Shown in pieces: positions 1 through 8,852 of a stretch of DNA of 37,550 bases (the first letter of the stretch is position 1; each line of letters begins with the position of its first letter). The stretch comes from a virus, in IMG/VR virus record IMGVR_UViG_3300045988_085446, positions 1-37,550 of that record; one strand, written 5' to 3'. The position numbers and the translations under genes were made by a program. Below the pieces are notes generated by a model, which did not search any database, had not been told where the DNA came from, and worked only from the letters and a program-made list of their open reading frames with translations.

Positions 1-202
1 GAATAAGGTCATGGGAAAATTAAAACTCTCCCACCGTCCTCACGATACAAGACATACATTTATTACATTGGCAAAAGATGCTGGCCTGGATGAATACATC
101 ATAAAGCTGATAGTTGGTCATTCTATCGAGGATGTGACAGAAAAAGTTTATACACACAGAACTTTAAATCAATTAAAAGAGGAAATAGAACTGATACAAT
201 AA
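1..202 (+). CDS. int: Tyrosine recombinase (phage integrase), C-terminal part; continues from 36662..37550 across the circular junction
   Basis: Contains HDTRHTF (HxxR box) and GHSIEDVTEKVYTH (catalytic Tyr box). Position 11 equals position 37529, which is in frame with the ATG at 36662. Confidence 0.9.
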   Translation, partial: NKVMGKLKLSHRPHDTRHTFITLAKDAGLDEYIIKLIVGHSIEDVTEKVYTHRTLNQLKEEIELIQ

Positions 203-206
203 TAGC

Positions 207-245
207 AAAAACCCCGGGAACATATAATCTCCCGGGGCAATTATT
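207..245. terminator. Bidirectional intrinsic terminator shared by int (+) and the late/lysis operon (-)
   Basis: 8-bp GC-rich stem ccccggga (212..219) / tcccgggg (230..237) with a 10-nt loop. It is flanked by an A-run on the left (a U-run on the minus transcript) and a T-rich tract on the right. Confidence 0.75.
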
Positions 246-290
246 TGTGTTCTACGACTGTGTTCTACCTGTGTCTTATTTGTGTCTTAC
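246..290 (+). repeat. Four tandem direct copies of TGTGTYYTAY (246..255, 259..268, 270..279, 281..290); candidate integrase arm-type binding sites (attP P arm)
   Basis: Read directly: tgtgttctac, tgtgttctac, tgtgtcttat, tgtgtcttac. They lie immediately 3' of int in a 300-bp non-coding region. Confidence 0.6.
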
Positions 291-420
291 GCACTAATTT
301 TGGCACATTCCAGCAGAAACAGAAACCGCATAAATACTTGCTTTTTTAGAACTTACCAGCCTTTGCAGCTTCCTCTACAGAAACAGGAAATGGCTTAAAA
401 CCTTACTATTTTAATGGTTT

Positions 421-441
421 TGTGTCTTGTATGTGTCTTAC
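421..441 (+). repeat. Two more copies of the same motif (tgtgtcttgt 421..430, tgtgtcttac 432..441); candidate attP P' arm sites
   Basis: Same motif and same orientation as the 246..290 copies, about 130 bp away. Confidence 0.55.
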
Positions 442-505
442 CTCGTTTCTCTAAGGTATCCTGTTCTTTCCTTATTTATATAAGCACTTATATATTATCA
501 CAATA

Positions 506-1354
506 CTAAGCTGCCGGCAATGTCAGAGACTGTCCAACATGAATCGTGGTGCTGGTGATCTTCGACAGGCTCATGATCTCAACATACCGGCTACCATTCT
601 TCAGATACTTTGTAGCAATATCCCATAAGGTATCACCTTTTTTGACGGTGTATGTCTTTGTCTTCTTTGCTGCCTCATTCGCTGATGCGTTCGTGCCTGG
701 AATGCTAAGAACTAAGCCCGGATGGATTGTTACGCTCGTTAATGAGTTAAGGCTCATGATTTCCCTATATCTCGATCCAGATCCGAGGTACTTCTCTGCA
801 ATTCCCCAGAGCGTGTCGCCTTTCTTGATCTCAACAGTCTGGTATCCGGTATCATTATCTTTTATATCTGCTTTAACATTGTCGGCATATGACGGCACAC
901 CATATCCGATGATGTACGGATCATTTAATAAGTATTTGCGTTCGTGAACGGCATCTGAAGTATTTCCCTCTACTGTATATACATATGTAGACGTTACTTT
1001 CGTCACAATTCCAACGTGCGACGGATCTGTCAGCTTATGTCCCTTTGAGAAGAAAATCAAAATGCCCGGAACTGGTGTGTATGTGCCACCATAAGCCTTT
1101 GCATTCTTCCATCTGCCCTGCTTGATGAACCACTTCATCCCAGCTGTGCAACTTGCGAATCTTAAGACAACCTCTTTTGCGATTCCGCATACGATCATAA
1201 CCCATGAAACAAAGATGGCGCACCAAAATACATTCATATTGAACTTTGATTCAGTTTCTTCGTTATATACTTTGATGTACTTATCATCACCTGTCGGCTC
1301 ACAGGTCCCTATCTGGCTCTTGGCCGTGTTTATAATTTTGTCAACAATACTCAT
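506..1354 (-). CDS. Endolysin: N-terminal CHAP-type amidase/peptidase plus two LysM cell-wall-binding repeats
   Basis: CHAP-like Cys (FWCAIFVSWV) and His (SHVGIV). Two LysM repeats (KKGDTLWGIAEKYLGSGSRYREIMSLN and KKGDTLWDIATKYLKNGSRYVEIMSLS). ATG with GAGGAA RBS; directly follows the holin. Confidence 0.9.
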   Translation of the reverse strand: MSIVDKIINTAKSQIGTCEPTGDDKYIKVYNEETESKFNMNVFWCAIFVSWVMIVCGIAKEVVLRFASCTAGMKWFIKQGRWKNAKAYGGTYTPVPGILIFFSKGHKLTDPSHVGIVTKVTSTYVYTVEGNTSDAVHERKYLLNDPYIIGYGVPSYADNVKADIKDNDTGYQTVEIKKGDTLWGIAEKYLGSGSRYREIMSLNSLTSVTIHPGLVLSIPGTNASANEAAKKTKTYTVKKGDTLWDIATKYLKNGSRYVEIMSLSKITSTTIHVGQSLTLPAA

Positions 1355-1357
1355 ATT

Positions 1358-1777
1358 CTATTCCTCACTTTCTGATTTTTTCTGTAGAATGTCGATAGCT
1401 TTCGTGATCACCGCTGGCAACGGAATCCCCATTAAACCTGCATTTTCAACCAATGAGATTAATTCATTTGCCATGAATGCTATGATCACCGCATCCCTGA
1501 TATAGTTTGTTTCTATCACTAGATCGAGCCTGTATGCTACCAGCACAAATACAAGCGTCATGCATTTTCGGCACAGACCTTTCCATCCCGCCTTGCTTTC
1601 AAGCGAGCCTGTATCTGTCTTATTGCTTTTGTGGAATACTCCTGCCACCACCAATCCTGATACATAATCAAGCCCCATGAAAATCAAAAGAGACACCAGT
1701 CCGGTGTCCCATCCTCCAAACAATGTTGCTATTCCGGAGCCAACCGCTCCGATCACTGTACATACAAACTGTTTCAT
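1358..1777 (-). CDS. Holin, TcdE/Hol44-type (toxin secretion/phage lysis holin family)
   Basis: Multiple hydrophobic segments and the family-typical pattern FMGLDYVSGL...SKAGWKG...ANELISLVENAGLMGIPLP. Located immediately upstream of the endolysin. Confidence 0.85.
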   Translation of the reverse strand: MKQFVCTVIGAVGSGIATLFGGWDTGLVSLLIFMGLDYVSGLVVAGVFHKSNKTDTGSLESKAGWKGLCRKCMTLVFVLVAYRLDLVIETNYIRDAVIIAFMANELISLVENAGLMGIPLPAVITKAIDILQKKSESEE

Positions 1778-1789
1778 ATAAAACCTCCT

Positions 1790-2764
1790 TTAGATACTGT
1801 CATACGAAGTTAAATCGATTTCACCATATGACTTTATAACTCCAAGTAATTTCATTAAAAATTGGTTATAGAATTTAATAGCACCGTCCAAATCCGTTGC
1901 ACTGAATTCTTCAAGTGATAAATCCAATTCTAACAATTTTTGTGCGTTTGAATCACTTCTGATTTTTTTAAAATTCTTTTTGTCAAGTGCTGCAAGTGAT
2001 GTAACTTTTCCAGCAATTCCATCCATGATTTTATCAATACTTTCTATATGCTTATCAACAACATCTGTATTATATTTTTTTATAGCAGAATCAGCATAAT
2101 TGACAGCTGCATTATTACAACGAGTCTCACATTCTGATATGACATTATTCGCATCATTCTTGTTATATGTCTCTGTCTTATTGTACACCTCGCCTTTTTT
2201 ATATGTCTCTTCCCTATTATATACCTCACCTTTGTTATATACTTCTTCCTTATTGTATACCTCCTCTCTCGTATAGATATTACTCAGATTTGGATACAAC
2301 TTGTTAAAAAGAGGTGTAACTGATTCTATATTTATGCCATTCAAACTGATTTCATAAAGTGGCATGTCACACACATCTGCCCCCCAGTAAAGATGTCCAC
2401 TAGTATAAGATGGTCTTTCTGCTTCGCCGGTTGATACAACTCCTTTTATAACCTCAAGCGTTACATTTTCAATTCCGGTATCTTTTCTATATCTTGCGAC
2501 TACCAAATCTTTACGATTATATCCCGGACTTCCTGAGTCGATCTGCAGATCATCATAGTTGCCCGGTTCAATTCTTGCATGGCAGCCATACATCACAAGC
2601 TCACCTGCAGCTATTCGGCAAGTATTTGCATCAATCATCGTTGCTTTTAAACATTCACCGATTGAAAGCACATATGTCTCAGTTCCAAATATTCCCATAT
2701 GTAATGCACGATCATCATCTGAATTAACATGGTTCGTTCCTGTTTTTCCTGTTATTATTTTCAT
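1790..2764 (-). CDS. Tail fibre / receptor-binding-type structural protein with hexapeptide repeat stalk
   Basis: The N-terminal block ITGKTGTNHVNSDDDRALHMGIFG...DLVVARYRKD resembles minor structural/fibre proteins of Firmicutes prophages. Seven YNKxEV-type hexapeptide repeats. It is the last structural gene before lysis. Confidence 0.65.
   Translation of the reverse strand: MKIITGKTGTNHVNSDDDRALHMGIFGTETYVLSIGECLKATMIDANTCRIAAGELVMYGCHARIEPGNYDDLQIDSGSPGYNRKDLVVARYRKDTGIENVTLEVIKGVVSTGEAERPSYTSGHLYWGADVCDMPLYEISLNGINIESVTPLFNKLYPNLSNIYTREEVYNKEEVYNKGEVYNREETYKKGEVYNKTETYNKNDANNVISECETRCNNAAVNYADSAIKKYNTDVVDKHIESIDKIMDGIAGKVTSLAALDKKNFKKIRSDSNAQKLLELDLSLEEFSATDLDGAIKFYNQFLMKLLGVIKSYGEIDLTSYDSI
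2150..2275 (-). repeat. Seven tandem 18-bp coding repeats (YTREEV YNKEEV YNKGEV YNREET YKKGEV YNKTET YNKNDA) inside the fibre gene
   Basis: Read from the translation, aa 164..205 of ORF 1790..2764. Confidence 0.85.
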
Positions 2765-2767
2765 TGC

Positions 2768-3733
2768 TTATCCTTTCCGTGTAGCATCTCCTACACTATA
2801 TGATATATCAACGGTATCATCATTTAACTTAACTATTATGTTTGTAATACTACTTATCACATAAGCATCTGTCACACTTTCATATCCGCCTATAACATCA
2901 CCTATATGTCGCTCAGTATCACTACTTGTAACTGCAAATGCATCAGATCCTATCAGTTCTTTCAATCTCTCTGTTCCACCAGAGACAAGGTCCTCAACAG
3001 ATTTCGCAGATGTGTTCTCATAAGTACTCACATATTCCTCCACTCCATATAGGCTTTGAGATGTACTTATATTTCCATTTGAATCAGCATATAAATGCAC
3101 TACAGTTCTGTCCTGAAGTTCTCCCTGTCCGAGACATATAAGGTGATTTACTCCCTTATATGTCTTGGTAAGTGTGAAATTCACATCGTTCTGGTTGTAT
3201 TCTATCCGGTCAGAATAATCGATCACAGGAACATATGATACATGCACCATACCGTCTTTTACTGACAAGTACAGATTCATTCCAATTGATGCACCAAGCT
3301 TCAATAAGCCTGTATAAAGATCTGTATATCTTGCAAACTGATATGAATTAATCGAAATTCCACTTTTATCTGCTACAAAAACGCTTTCAAGTCCATAAAT
3401 TCTGAAAAGGCTCTGAAGAACATCTCCTACATTCCCCGATACTATCCTGTATGCAGAACCATTTGGAGGCTCTATGATCTTACTCATAAGTACTCCCCTG
3501 AAACTTCTGCCTGAATATCTGATCTCATTATTCTCCGTTATCACTTTTACGGAATCTACAACTCCGCCATACTCTGTATCATTGACATACCACCAATAAC
3601 CTCCATGCATGACATTGTTCTTAATACCAACTGTAATCTCAAAATTCTTCTTATCGGCAACATCAAGATCAATTTCATATTTATGTAGACATCCCTCATC
3701 ATTCAAATTTCGGTCTGTATAGATCACATCCAA
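2768..3733 (-). CDS. Tail tip/baseplate-associated protein (siphovirus Gp37-like, tentative)
   Basis: Lies directly after the Dit-like gene, which it overlaps. The start MDVIYTDRNLN...YEIDLDV resembles Gp37-like tail proteins. No enzymatic motif seen. Confidence 0.5.
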   Translation of the reverse strand: MDVIYTDRNLNDEGCLHKYEIDLDVADKKNFEITVGIKNNVMHGGYWWYVNDTEYGGVVDSVKVITENNEIRYSGRSFRGVLMSKIIEPPNGSAYRIVSGNVGDVLQSLFRIYGLESVFVADKSGISINSYQFARYTDLYTGLLKLGASIGMNLYLSVKDGMVHVSYVPVIDYSDRIEYNQNDVNFTLTKTYKGVNHLICLGQGELQDRTVVHLYADSNGNISTSQSLYGVEEYVSTYENTSAKSVEDLVSGGTERLKELIGSDAFAVTSSDTERHIGDVIGGYESVTDAYVISSITNIIVKLNDDTVDISYSVGDATRKG

Positions 3734-4548
3734 ATCGGTTCACTCCTTTCAGCTTTCAAAAGCAAATCAAAGTTAAATGTAGAATTCCAATATACAACCT
3801 GTTTACCAGATTTTATTTTTTGAAAGATATCACTTCCCCTATTTCTATAGCGAAACAGGTTCACTGTTGCACCGTTTAATTTGAACAACTTAATTGTCTG
3901 TTTTTTTGAATCGATCTCAACTCTTTCTCCTGCTTGTATCGTATAGTTCAATATATAAGTATGTCCACCAATAGAAATAGCTGGATTCTGGGCATACCCA
4001 TATATGGTCAAGATAAATTCAGATTCACTAAAGCTATCATTTGCAACTTGTGCTGCGTATCCAGGAGATGCAGTATAGTCATATTCATATCCGTATGGAT
4101 AACCTCTGCCAGTTTCATCTACTGGTATATCTTTATACCGATATTCCTTTAAATCTTCTTGCACCCATGCATCTGCAACTGTTACAACCTTTAAAGATAA
4201 CTTTGTATATGGGCCTACCAAATACTCTGACTTATCACTTGCATAGATGAAACATTCAAGATAATAATCGCCAATATACAGTTTTCCGGGAACTTCATTG
4301 ATGATATCCTGCTCAAACAGTTCAAACATATCATTCTTTACATTCCTGCATATCCTCTGAGTCGGGCAACAAATAGCGATCGGAAGTGTCTTTTCTGTAA
4401 TTTTCTTCCGAAAATTCTCTACACTTTTCCGATCACTATCATAGATCCACTGATAGTCTCGAAGGTCATTTTCATTTGCAAAGATATATTTCTTTCCAAA
4501 CTCAAGAACATTCCCCTGACTATTTACATATTTTATATTCTCAAGCAT
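3724..4548 (-). CDS. Distal tail protein (Dit)-like phage tail protein
   Basis: Immediately downstream of, and overlapping, the tape measure gene. Pattern KYVNSQGNVLEF...GKLYIGDYYLECFIYAS is typical of siphovirus tail family proteins. Confidence 0.65.
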   Translation of the reverse strand: MLENIKYVNSQGNVLEFGKKYIFANENDLRDYQWIYDSDRKSVENFRKKITEKTLPIAICCPTQRICRNVKNDMFELFEQDIINEVPGKLYIGDYYLECFIYASDKSEYLVGPYTKLSLKVVTVADAWVQEDLKEYRYKDIPVDETGRGYPYGYEYDYTASPGYAAQVANDSFSESEFILTIYGYAQNPAISIGGHTYILNYTIQAGERVEIDSKKQTIKLFKLNGATVNLFRYRNRGSDIFQKIKSGKQVVYWNSTFNFDLLLKAERSEPIWM

Positions 4549-6892
4549 ATGTTCTTACCATCCTTCCAAATTCTCTACCATCAATCTTAAGCTTCGTACC
4601 TTCTGTAAGTGCTCTTACCATGTATTCATACATATTTTCATCAATATGTCTTACTACATCAAGAATCAAATACAGAACCTTTGATAACTCTGATTCATTG
4701 TCTACTGTTCTTCCTGTTGCCGCTGCCATCTGATCTGCTACCTTACTGATCCATTCTGTATTCTTCTCAAGCGGCACAACAGCCTCAGCTCCATTACCTT
4801 CAAGTATACCGACCTGGCCTTTCTTAAGTACACCACCTTCTGCAAGCTGTGGTGCATTCAATTTATCAAGCTTATTAATTGATACTCCCGGAATCGCATT
4901 AATAACGGATATACAAGCATTGATTGCCGATATAAAACCATTAATGATCTTTGTCGCTGTACCTAATATGCCATTGATAGCTGCTGTAACAGCTCCCTTG
5001 ATGCCATCTGCGATAGCTGTTCCGACCTTGGAAAAAATGTTCTTAATCTTCTGCCATGTATCTGAAAAGAACTTAACCATCGGTGAAAATGCATTCTTGA
5101 TACCAGCCCAAGCCTTGCCGAAAATGTCACTAAACCATGTACCTACTGATGCATATGCACCTTTTATTCCATTCCAGATTCCACTGAAAAATCCAGTAAC
5201 AGCCGACCAAACACTCTTAATTCCATTCCACGCTGTTGTAAAGATGCCTTTAAAAAACTTTCCTACTGCTGCAAATGCTGATTTTATACCATTCCATATG
5301 CCTTTAAAAAAGGCAGGTGCTGCATTCCAGACTTTCTTAATGCCTTTCCAAGCCATTGAAAACGATTCACGACAGTTGTTGATAACTGCCATAATTGCAA
5401 TAATCGCCGCTTCCAATGTGATCTCAAGCATCTCGCAAAACCATTCAAGTATCGGTTTCAGTACTCCGAGTATCTCTTCTGATATCAGACTTATCACATC
5501 AACAAGCGGAGGCAGGATCATATTGATAAGTTCCATCAATGGATCCAATATCATTAAGACCAGATTTATAATTGGATTGAGCAAATCAAGTATTGGCTGC
5601 AATAATTCCAGTACCGGCTGCAAAATCGAAATTAAAATAGGAAGAATCTGCGACACTATCTGCACAATAGGCGGCAAAAGCATATTAATCAAATTCGTAA
5701 GCGGCGGCAAAATAGTCTGAACTATCTGCAATAATGGTGGTAACAGTGTATTAACAAGAGATAATATAGTAGGCAAAATAGCTTGCAAAGTTCCGAATAT
5801 AGACTGTAATGCAGATGTAAGTGTCTGCCCCAGTTCTCCACCTATACCCGGCAACAAGGTTTCAAGTATGCCAGGAAGGTTATTCACCAATTCGGACAGC
5901 AACGATGTTGCGCCCTGTATAAGTGATGGCAGTATCTGTTCTATAAGTGGCGGTATATATGGTGCCAATTTCTGTGCAAGACTAGATATACCTGTAACTA
6001 TCCTTGGCAGTGTGTCTGCTATTCGTGGTACAAGGTTATCAGCTACAGCCATCACAGAATCAACAAGGTTATTGATCAGCACTCCAATGTCCTGTGATGG
6101 GTCGGCCATTCCTGTGAGCAGGTTCGTCCATGCAGACTTCATCATGCCGATAGATCCCTGTATTGTAGTGGCTGCTTCTTTTGCGGTTGTACCTGTTATC
6201 CCCATATCAGTCTGTACAACATGAATAGCCTCTATCATCTTATCAAACGATACACTATTGACGTTATCTGCTGTCACAGTCATGGAGTCACCGAGTACAC
6301 CCGAATCATTGATAAGCCTTGCCATCTCGGATGCAGTACCACCGTATCCTAATTTGAGGTTATCGAGCATTGTATAGTTCTGTTTTGCAAAACCTTGATA
6401 TGCATTCTGTATAGATGCCATATCAGTTCCCATCTTGTTGGCATTATCTGACATATCTGTTATGGCAAGATTTGCAGTTTCAGCCGCCTTTTCTGTGTCA
6501 CCACCCAAGCCTTGGAGCAATGACGCTGAAAAGCTCGTTACAGTGTCCATATACTCGTTTGCCGACAGCCCCGCCGTCTTATACGCATTATTTGCATACT
6601 CAACTACCTTATCTGAACTGTCCTTGAACAGTGTCTCAACACCACCAACAAGCTGCTCGTAGTCCGCATACTCGCTTACAGCTTTAGCAGTAATGCCAGC
6701 TATTCCAGTAGCCACAGCCGTTGTTGCAACCACGGCGACCTTTGCTGCCTTGAGCGCAAACTTGCCGATATTGCCAAACACAGAACTCATCTTTTTGCTT
6801 GTCTTCTCTGCCTTGTCGCCAGTCTCTTCAATTTTCTCATTCGCATCTTCATTTGATACTGCGATTCGTCCCAGTATCTTAAATACTTCCAA
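4541..6892 (-). CDS. Tail tape measure protein
   Basis: 783 aa; the largest gene, downstream of the chaperone pair. Has a TP901-type core-like stretch (VQTDMGITGTTAKEAATTIQGS), LPP(x8) repeats and WNGIK repeats. Probable TTG start after a GGGGG RBS. Confidence 0.9.
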   Translation of the reverse strand: MEVFKILGRIAVSNEDANEKIEETGDKAEKTSKKMSSVFGNIGKFALKAAKVAVVATTAVATGIAGITAKAVSEYADYEQLVGGVETLFKDSSDKVVEYANNAYKTAGLSANEYMDTVTSFSASLLQGLGGDTEKAAETANLAITDMSDNANKMGTDMASIQNAYQGFAKQNYTMLDNLKLGYGGTASEMARLINDSGVLGDSMTVTADNVNSVSFDKMIEAIHVVQTDMGITGTTAKEAATTIQGSIGMMKSAWTNLLTGMADPSQDIGVLINNLVDSVMAVADNLVPRIADTLPRIVTGISSLAQKLAPYIPPLIEQILPSLIQGATSLLSELVNNLPGILETLLPGIGGELGQTLTSALQSIFGTLQAILPTILSLVNTLLPPLLQIVQTILPPLTNLINMLLPPIVQIVSQILPILISILQPVLELLQPILDLLNPIINLVLMILDPLMELINMILPPLVDVISLISEEILGVLKPILEWFCEMLEITLEAAIIAIMAVINNCRESFSMAWKGIKKVWNAAPAFFKGIWNGIKSAFAAVGKFFKGIFTTAWNGIKSVWSAVTGFFSGIWNGIKGAYASVGTWFSDIFGKAWAGIKNAFSPMVKFFSDTWQKIKNIFSKVGTAIADGIKGAVTAAINGILGTATKIINGFISAINACISVINAIPGVSINKLDKLNAPQLAEGGVLKKGQVGILEGNGAEAVVPLEKNTEWISKVADQMAAATGRTVDNESELSKVLYLILDVVRHIDENMYEYMVRALTEGTKLKIDGREFGRMVRTYA

Positions 6893-6950
6893 AAGGGTCT
6901 ACCCCCTTTCCTCAATAATAAAAAAATAGAGACACACGTTCTGTGTGCCC

Positions 6951-7250
6951 CTATGGTTTAAAATTCTCTATGATTGACATAGAATCCCTTATGGTTGTTT
7001 CAAGTTCGCCTCTGCTCTCAAATGCTCCTGATCCGACAGGCTGCGAATTGCCACCTGATGTGCCGTACAGCCTTGCCTTGAAGTCATTGAATGATATGTT
7101 CTCCCAGCACTTATGGATATACATATCCCAGAGCTTATCATCATCGTCAAGACGCACAAACGTGCATACAAACTCATCAAAGCTCTGATTGTCTATCATC
7201 GTATCAAGCAGAGTGTACGGATCCGCATATCGTTTAAATATGAGATCCAT
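6951..7250 (-). CDS. Tail assembly chaperone, T-part (probably expressed as a -1 frameshift extension of 7265..7777)
   Basis: Lies between chaperone G and the tape measure. There is no Shine-Dalgarno before its ATG. Its frame is the -1 frame of the upstream gene and is open for 24 codons upstream of that gene's stop. Confidence 0.6.
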   Translation of the reverse strand: MDLIFKRYADPYTLLDTMIDNQSFDEFVCTFVRLDDDDKLWDMYIHKCWENISFNDFKARLYGTSGGNSQPVGSGAFESRGELETTIRDSMSIIENFKP

Positions 7251-7264
7251 GAACTTGAGATAGC

Positions 7265-7777
7265 CTACTGTTTCTTCTCGAACAATCTTGAAACAACCTT
7301 GATAAAATCCGTAAAGCCCGGAAGAGTGACTGCATCATATAACATCTGTGTGAATACAGAGAGATCAAGATCTGCTATCTCATCCACAGTCATTCCTGAC
7401 AGGTGTGATAAGCAGACAAATATCTCACGCTGACAGTCTGACAGCTTTGTCAGGATCGCATCTGCAAGCTCGAATGCAAGACCAATACCCACATTCTCGA
7501 GGAACTTCGATGTGTCCTCATCATCCTCGCCATCACCAGCAAGCTTCTCACGTTCTTTTGCAATAAGCTCTTTGAACCCATTGCCGCTGAATGAATCTTT
7601 GAAGTCTTTCACTCCAAGCTTGCTGAACAGCTTCAGGAATGCAGCTATATCTGTAGCCTTTGGATTTCTAAGTGTATATGGCTTGACCTCCTGCACATCC
7701 TCTACTGCCTCAGTATCTTCAACTACTTCGGCATTCTCTACTACATCTTTGTTCTCTTTTATCTCGGTTGTTCCCAT
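7265..7777 (-). CDS. Tail assembly chaperone (G-like)
   Basis: Acidic 170-aa protein between the major tail protein and the tape measure. This is the canonical position. Confidence 0.65.
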   Translation of the reverse strand: MGTTEIKENKDVVENAEVVEDTEAVEDVQEVKPYTLRNPKATDIAAFLKLFSKLGVKDFKDSFSGNGFKELIAKEREKLAGDGEDDEDTSKFLENVGIGLAFELADAILTKLSDCQREIFVCLSHLSGMTVDEIADLDLSVFTQMLYDAVTLPGFTDFIKVVSRLFEKKQ

Positions 7778-7802
7778 GATTATCTCTCCTTTTCTATGTC
7801 AA

Positions 7803-8456
7803 TTAGTCTGTTACTTCTGTACTGGAATCTATAGACTGCTGAACCTGCTCCGTTGTCGTGCCGGTAGGCAGATAGATGTGGTATGGCAGTGTATCAGCTG
7901 CTGGTGACAGATCCGCATAGCACTCCATTGTCAGCGCAAATGTGCCATTCTCCTTGTTCTTGCCCTCTATCTCAAGGCCTGATGTACAGAGAGCATTGTC
8001 AAAGATCACGATAACAGGACGACCATCTAAGAATCTTCCAATATATCCGAAGTTCTCAATGTAATCATCCTTTTCAATTCTTGCCTTGGATTCGATCACA
8101 TCGTATCCTTCCGCTGTTGATGTGCCATTCTGCCCGATAATAGCCATCTTGATCGTCTCAGGCGACAGCTCCACCATGTTTGTATCCATCTGTGCTGTCT
8201 CGCCAGTTTTAACCGTCAAATCCTTAACCTTAACCACTGCTCCATCTACTTCAATATCCTTAAGTTCCGGCTTAATAGACAGCTTCGTTCCGCCGGATGT
8301 AGCACCGATCAGAGATTCGGCAAAGTTCCATGTCTTTTTTGATGCGTCATACTTGAGCCCTTTGTGAATCGTTCCGGCACCAAACACAATGTTCTTCGGT
8401 GTCTTGTCTGTGATACCGGATGACTTGAACTCTTCAAAAGTTAATGTATCTGCCAT
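7803..8456 (-). CDS. Major tail protein
   Basis: Position after the tail terminator-like gene. Start moved to the internal ATG (MADTLTFEEF), which is preceded by GGAAGGTGA. The track ORF extends to 8474. Confidence 0.7.
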   Translation of the reverse strand: MADTLTFEEFKSSGITDKTPKNIVFGAGTIHKGLKYDASKKTWNFAESLIGATSGGTKLSIKPELKDIEVDGAVVKVKDLTVKTGETAQMDTNMVELSPETIKMAIIGQNGTSTAEGYDVIESKARIEKDDYIENFGYIGRFLDGRPVIVIFDNALCTSGLEIEGKNKENGTFALTMECYADLSPAADTLPYHIYLPTGTTTEQVQQSIDSSTEVTD

Positions 8457-8463
8457 GTTATAA

Positions 8464-8838
8464 TCACCTTCCATTCTTATATTCTTTAATCGTCAAATTG
8501 ATCTGTATCCGTTTGAGGTCTGCATCCCCTGTTGGCACTGGTGACGCATTCCCATAAAAAACGGCAACCCCCGCACCACTTGCAAGGATTGCCGTTCGTT
8601 CAATATTCTGTTCTATCTTCTGCTTGTACTTCTCCAGACTGAACCATGAGCCTCTTGTGAATCCATCTATGATGAATGTTATTTCCTGACATCCATCCTC
8701 TTCAGGAGTGTCACCCTCGGAGTATTCACCAACAAAGTATGCCTCCGGTGGGTCATCCTGCCACTCCATGAATGCATATGGTATCTCAAGTTCATCTGTG
8801 AGTACATTGTTGATATATGATAATGTTTCTGTCGTCAA
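8464..8838 (-). CDS. Tail terminator / tail completion-like protein
   Basis: 124 aa, between the HK97-gp10-like gene and the major tail gene. Assigned by position only. Confidence 0.45.
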   Translation of the reverse strand: MTTETLSYINNVLTDELEIPYAFMEWQDDPPEAYFVGEYSEGDTPEEDGCQEITFIIDGFTRGSWFSLEKYKQKIEQNIERTAILASGAGVAVFYGNASPVPTGDADLKRIQINLTIKEYKNGR

Positions 8839-8852
8839 TCGTCACCACCGCC

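Noticed and set aside
1-32. 32-bp terminal repeat considered as a biological direct terminal repeat or att site
   Set aside because: It lies inside the integrase coding sequence and simply restores the reading frame. This is what an assembly circularisation overlap looks like. The attP-like repeats are elsewhere (246..441).
4920-5720. 266-aa plus-strand ORF antisense to the tape measure gene
   Set aside because: It lies entirely inside the well-supported tape measure CDS. Its low-complexity, Ile/Pro/Ala-rich translation mirrors the repeat structure of the opposite strand. It has no RBS or recognisable motif.
6919-6950. Short hairpin (cacac/gtgtg) plus T-run between the chaperone and tape measure genes, considered as a terminator
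   Set aside because: It has only a 5-bp perfect stem, with the U-run offset by 4 nt. Termination here would cut off the tape measure and all distal tail genes.
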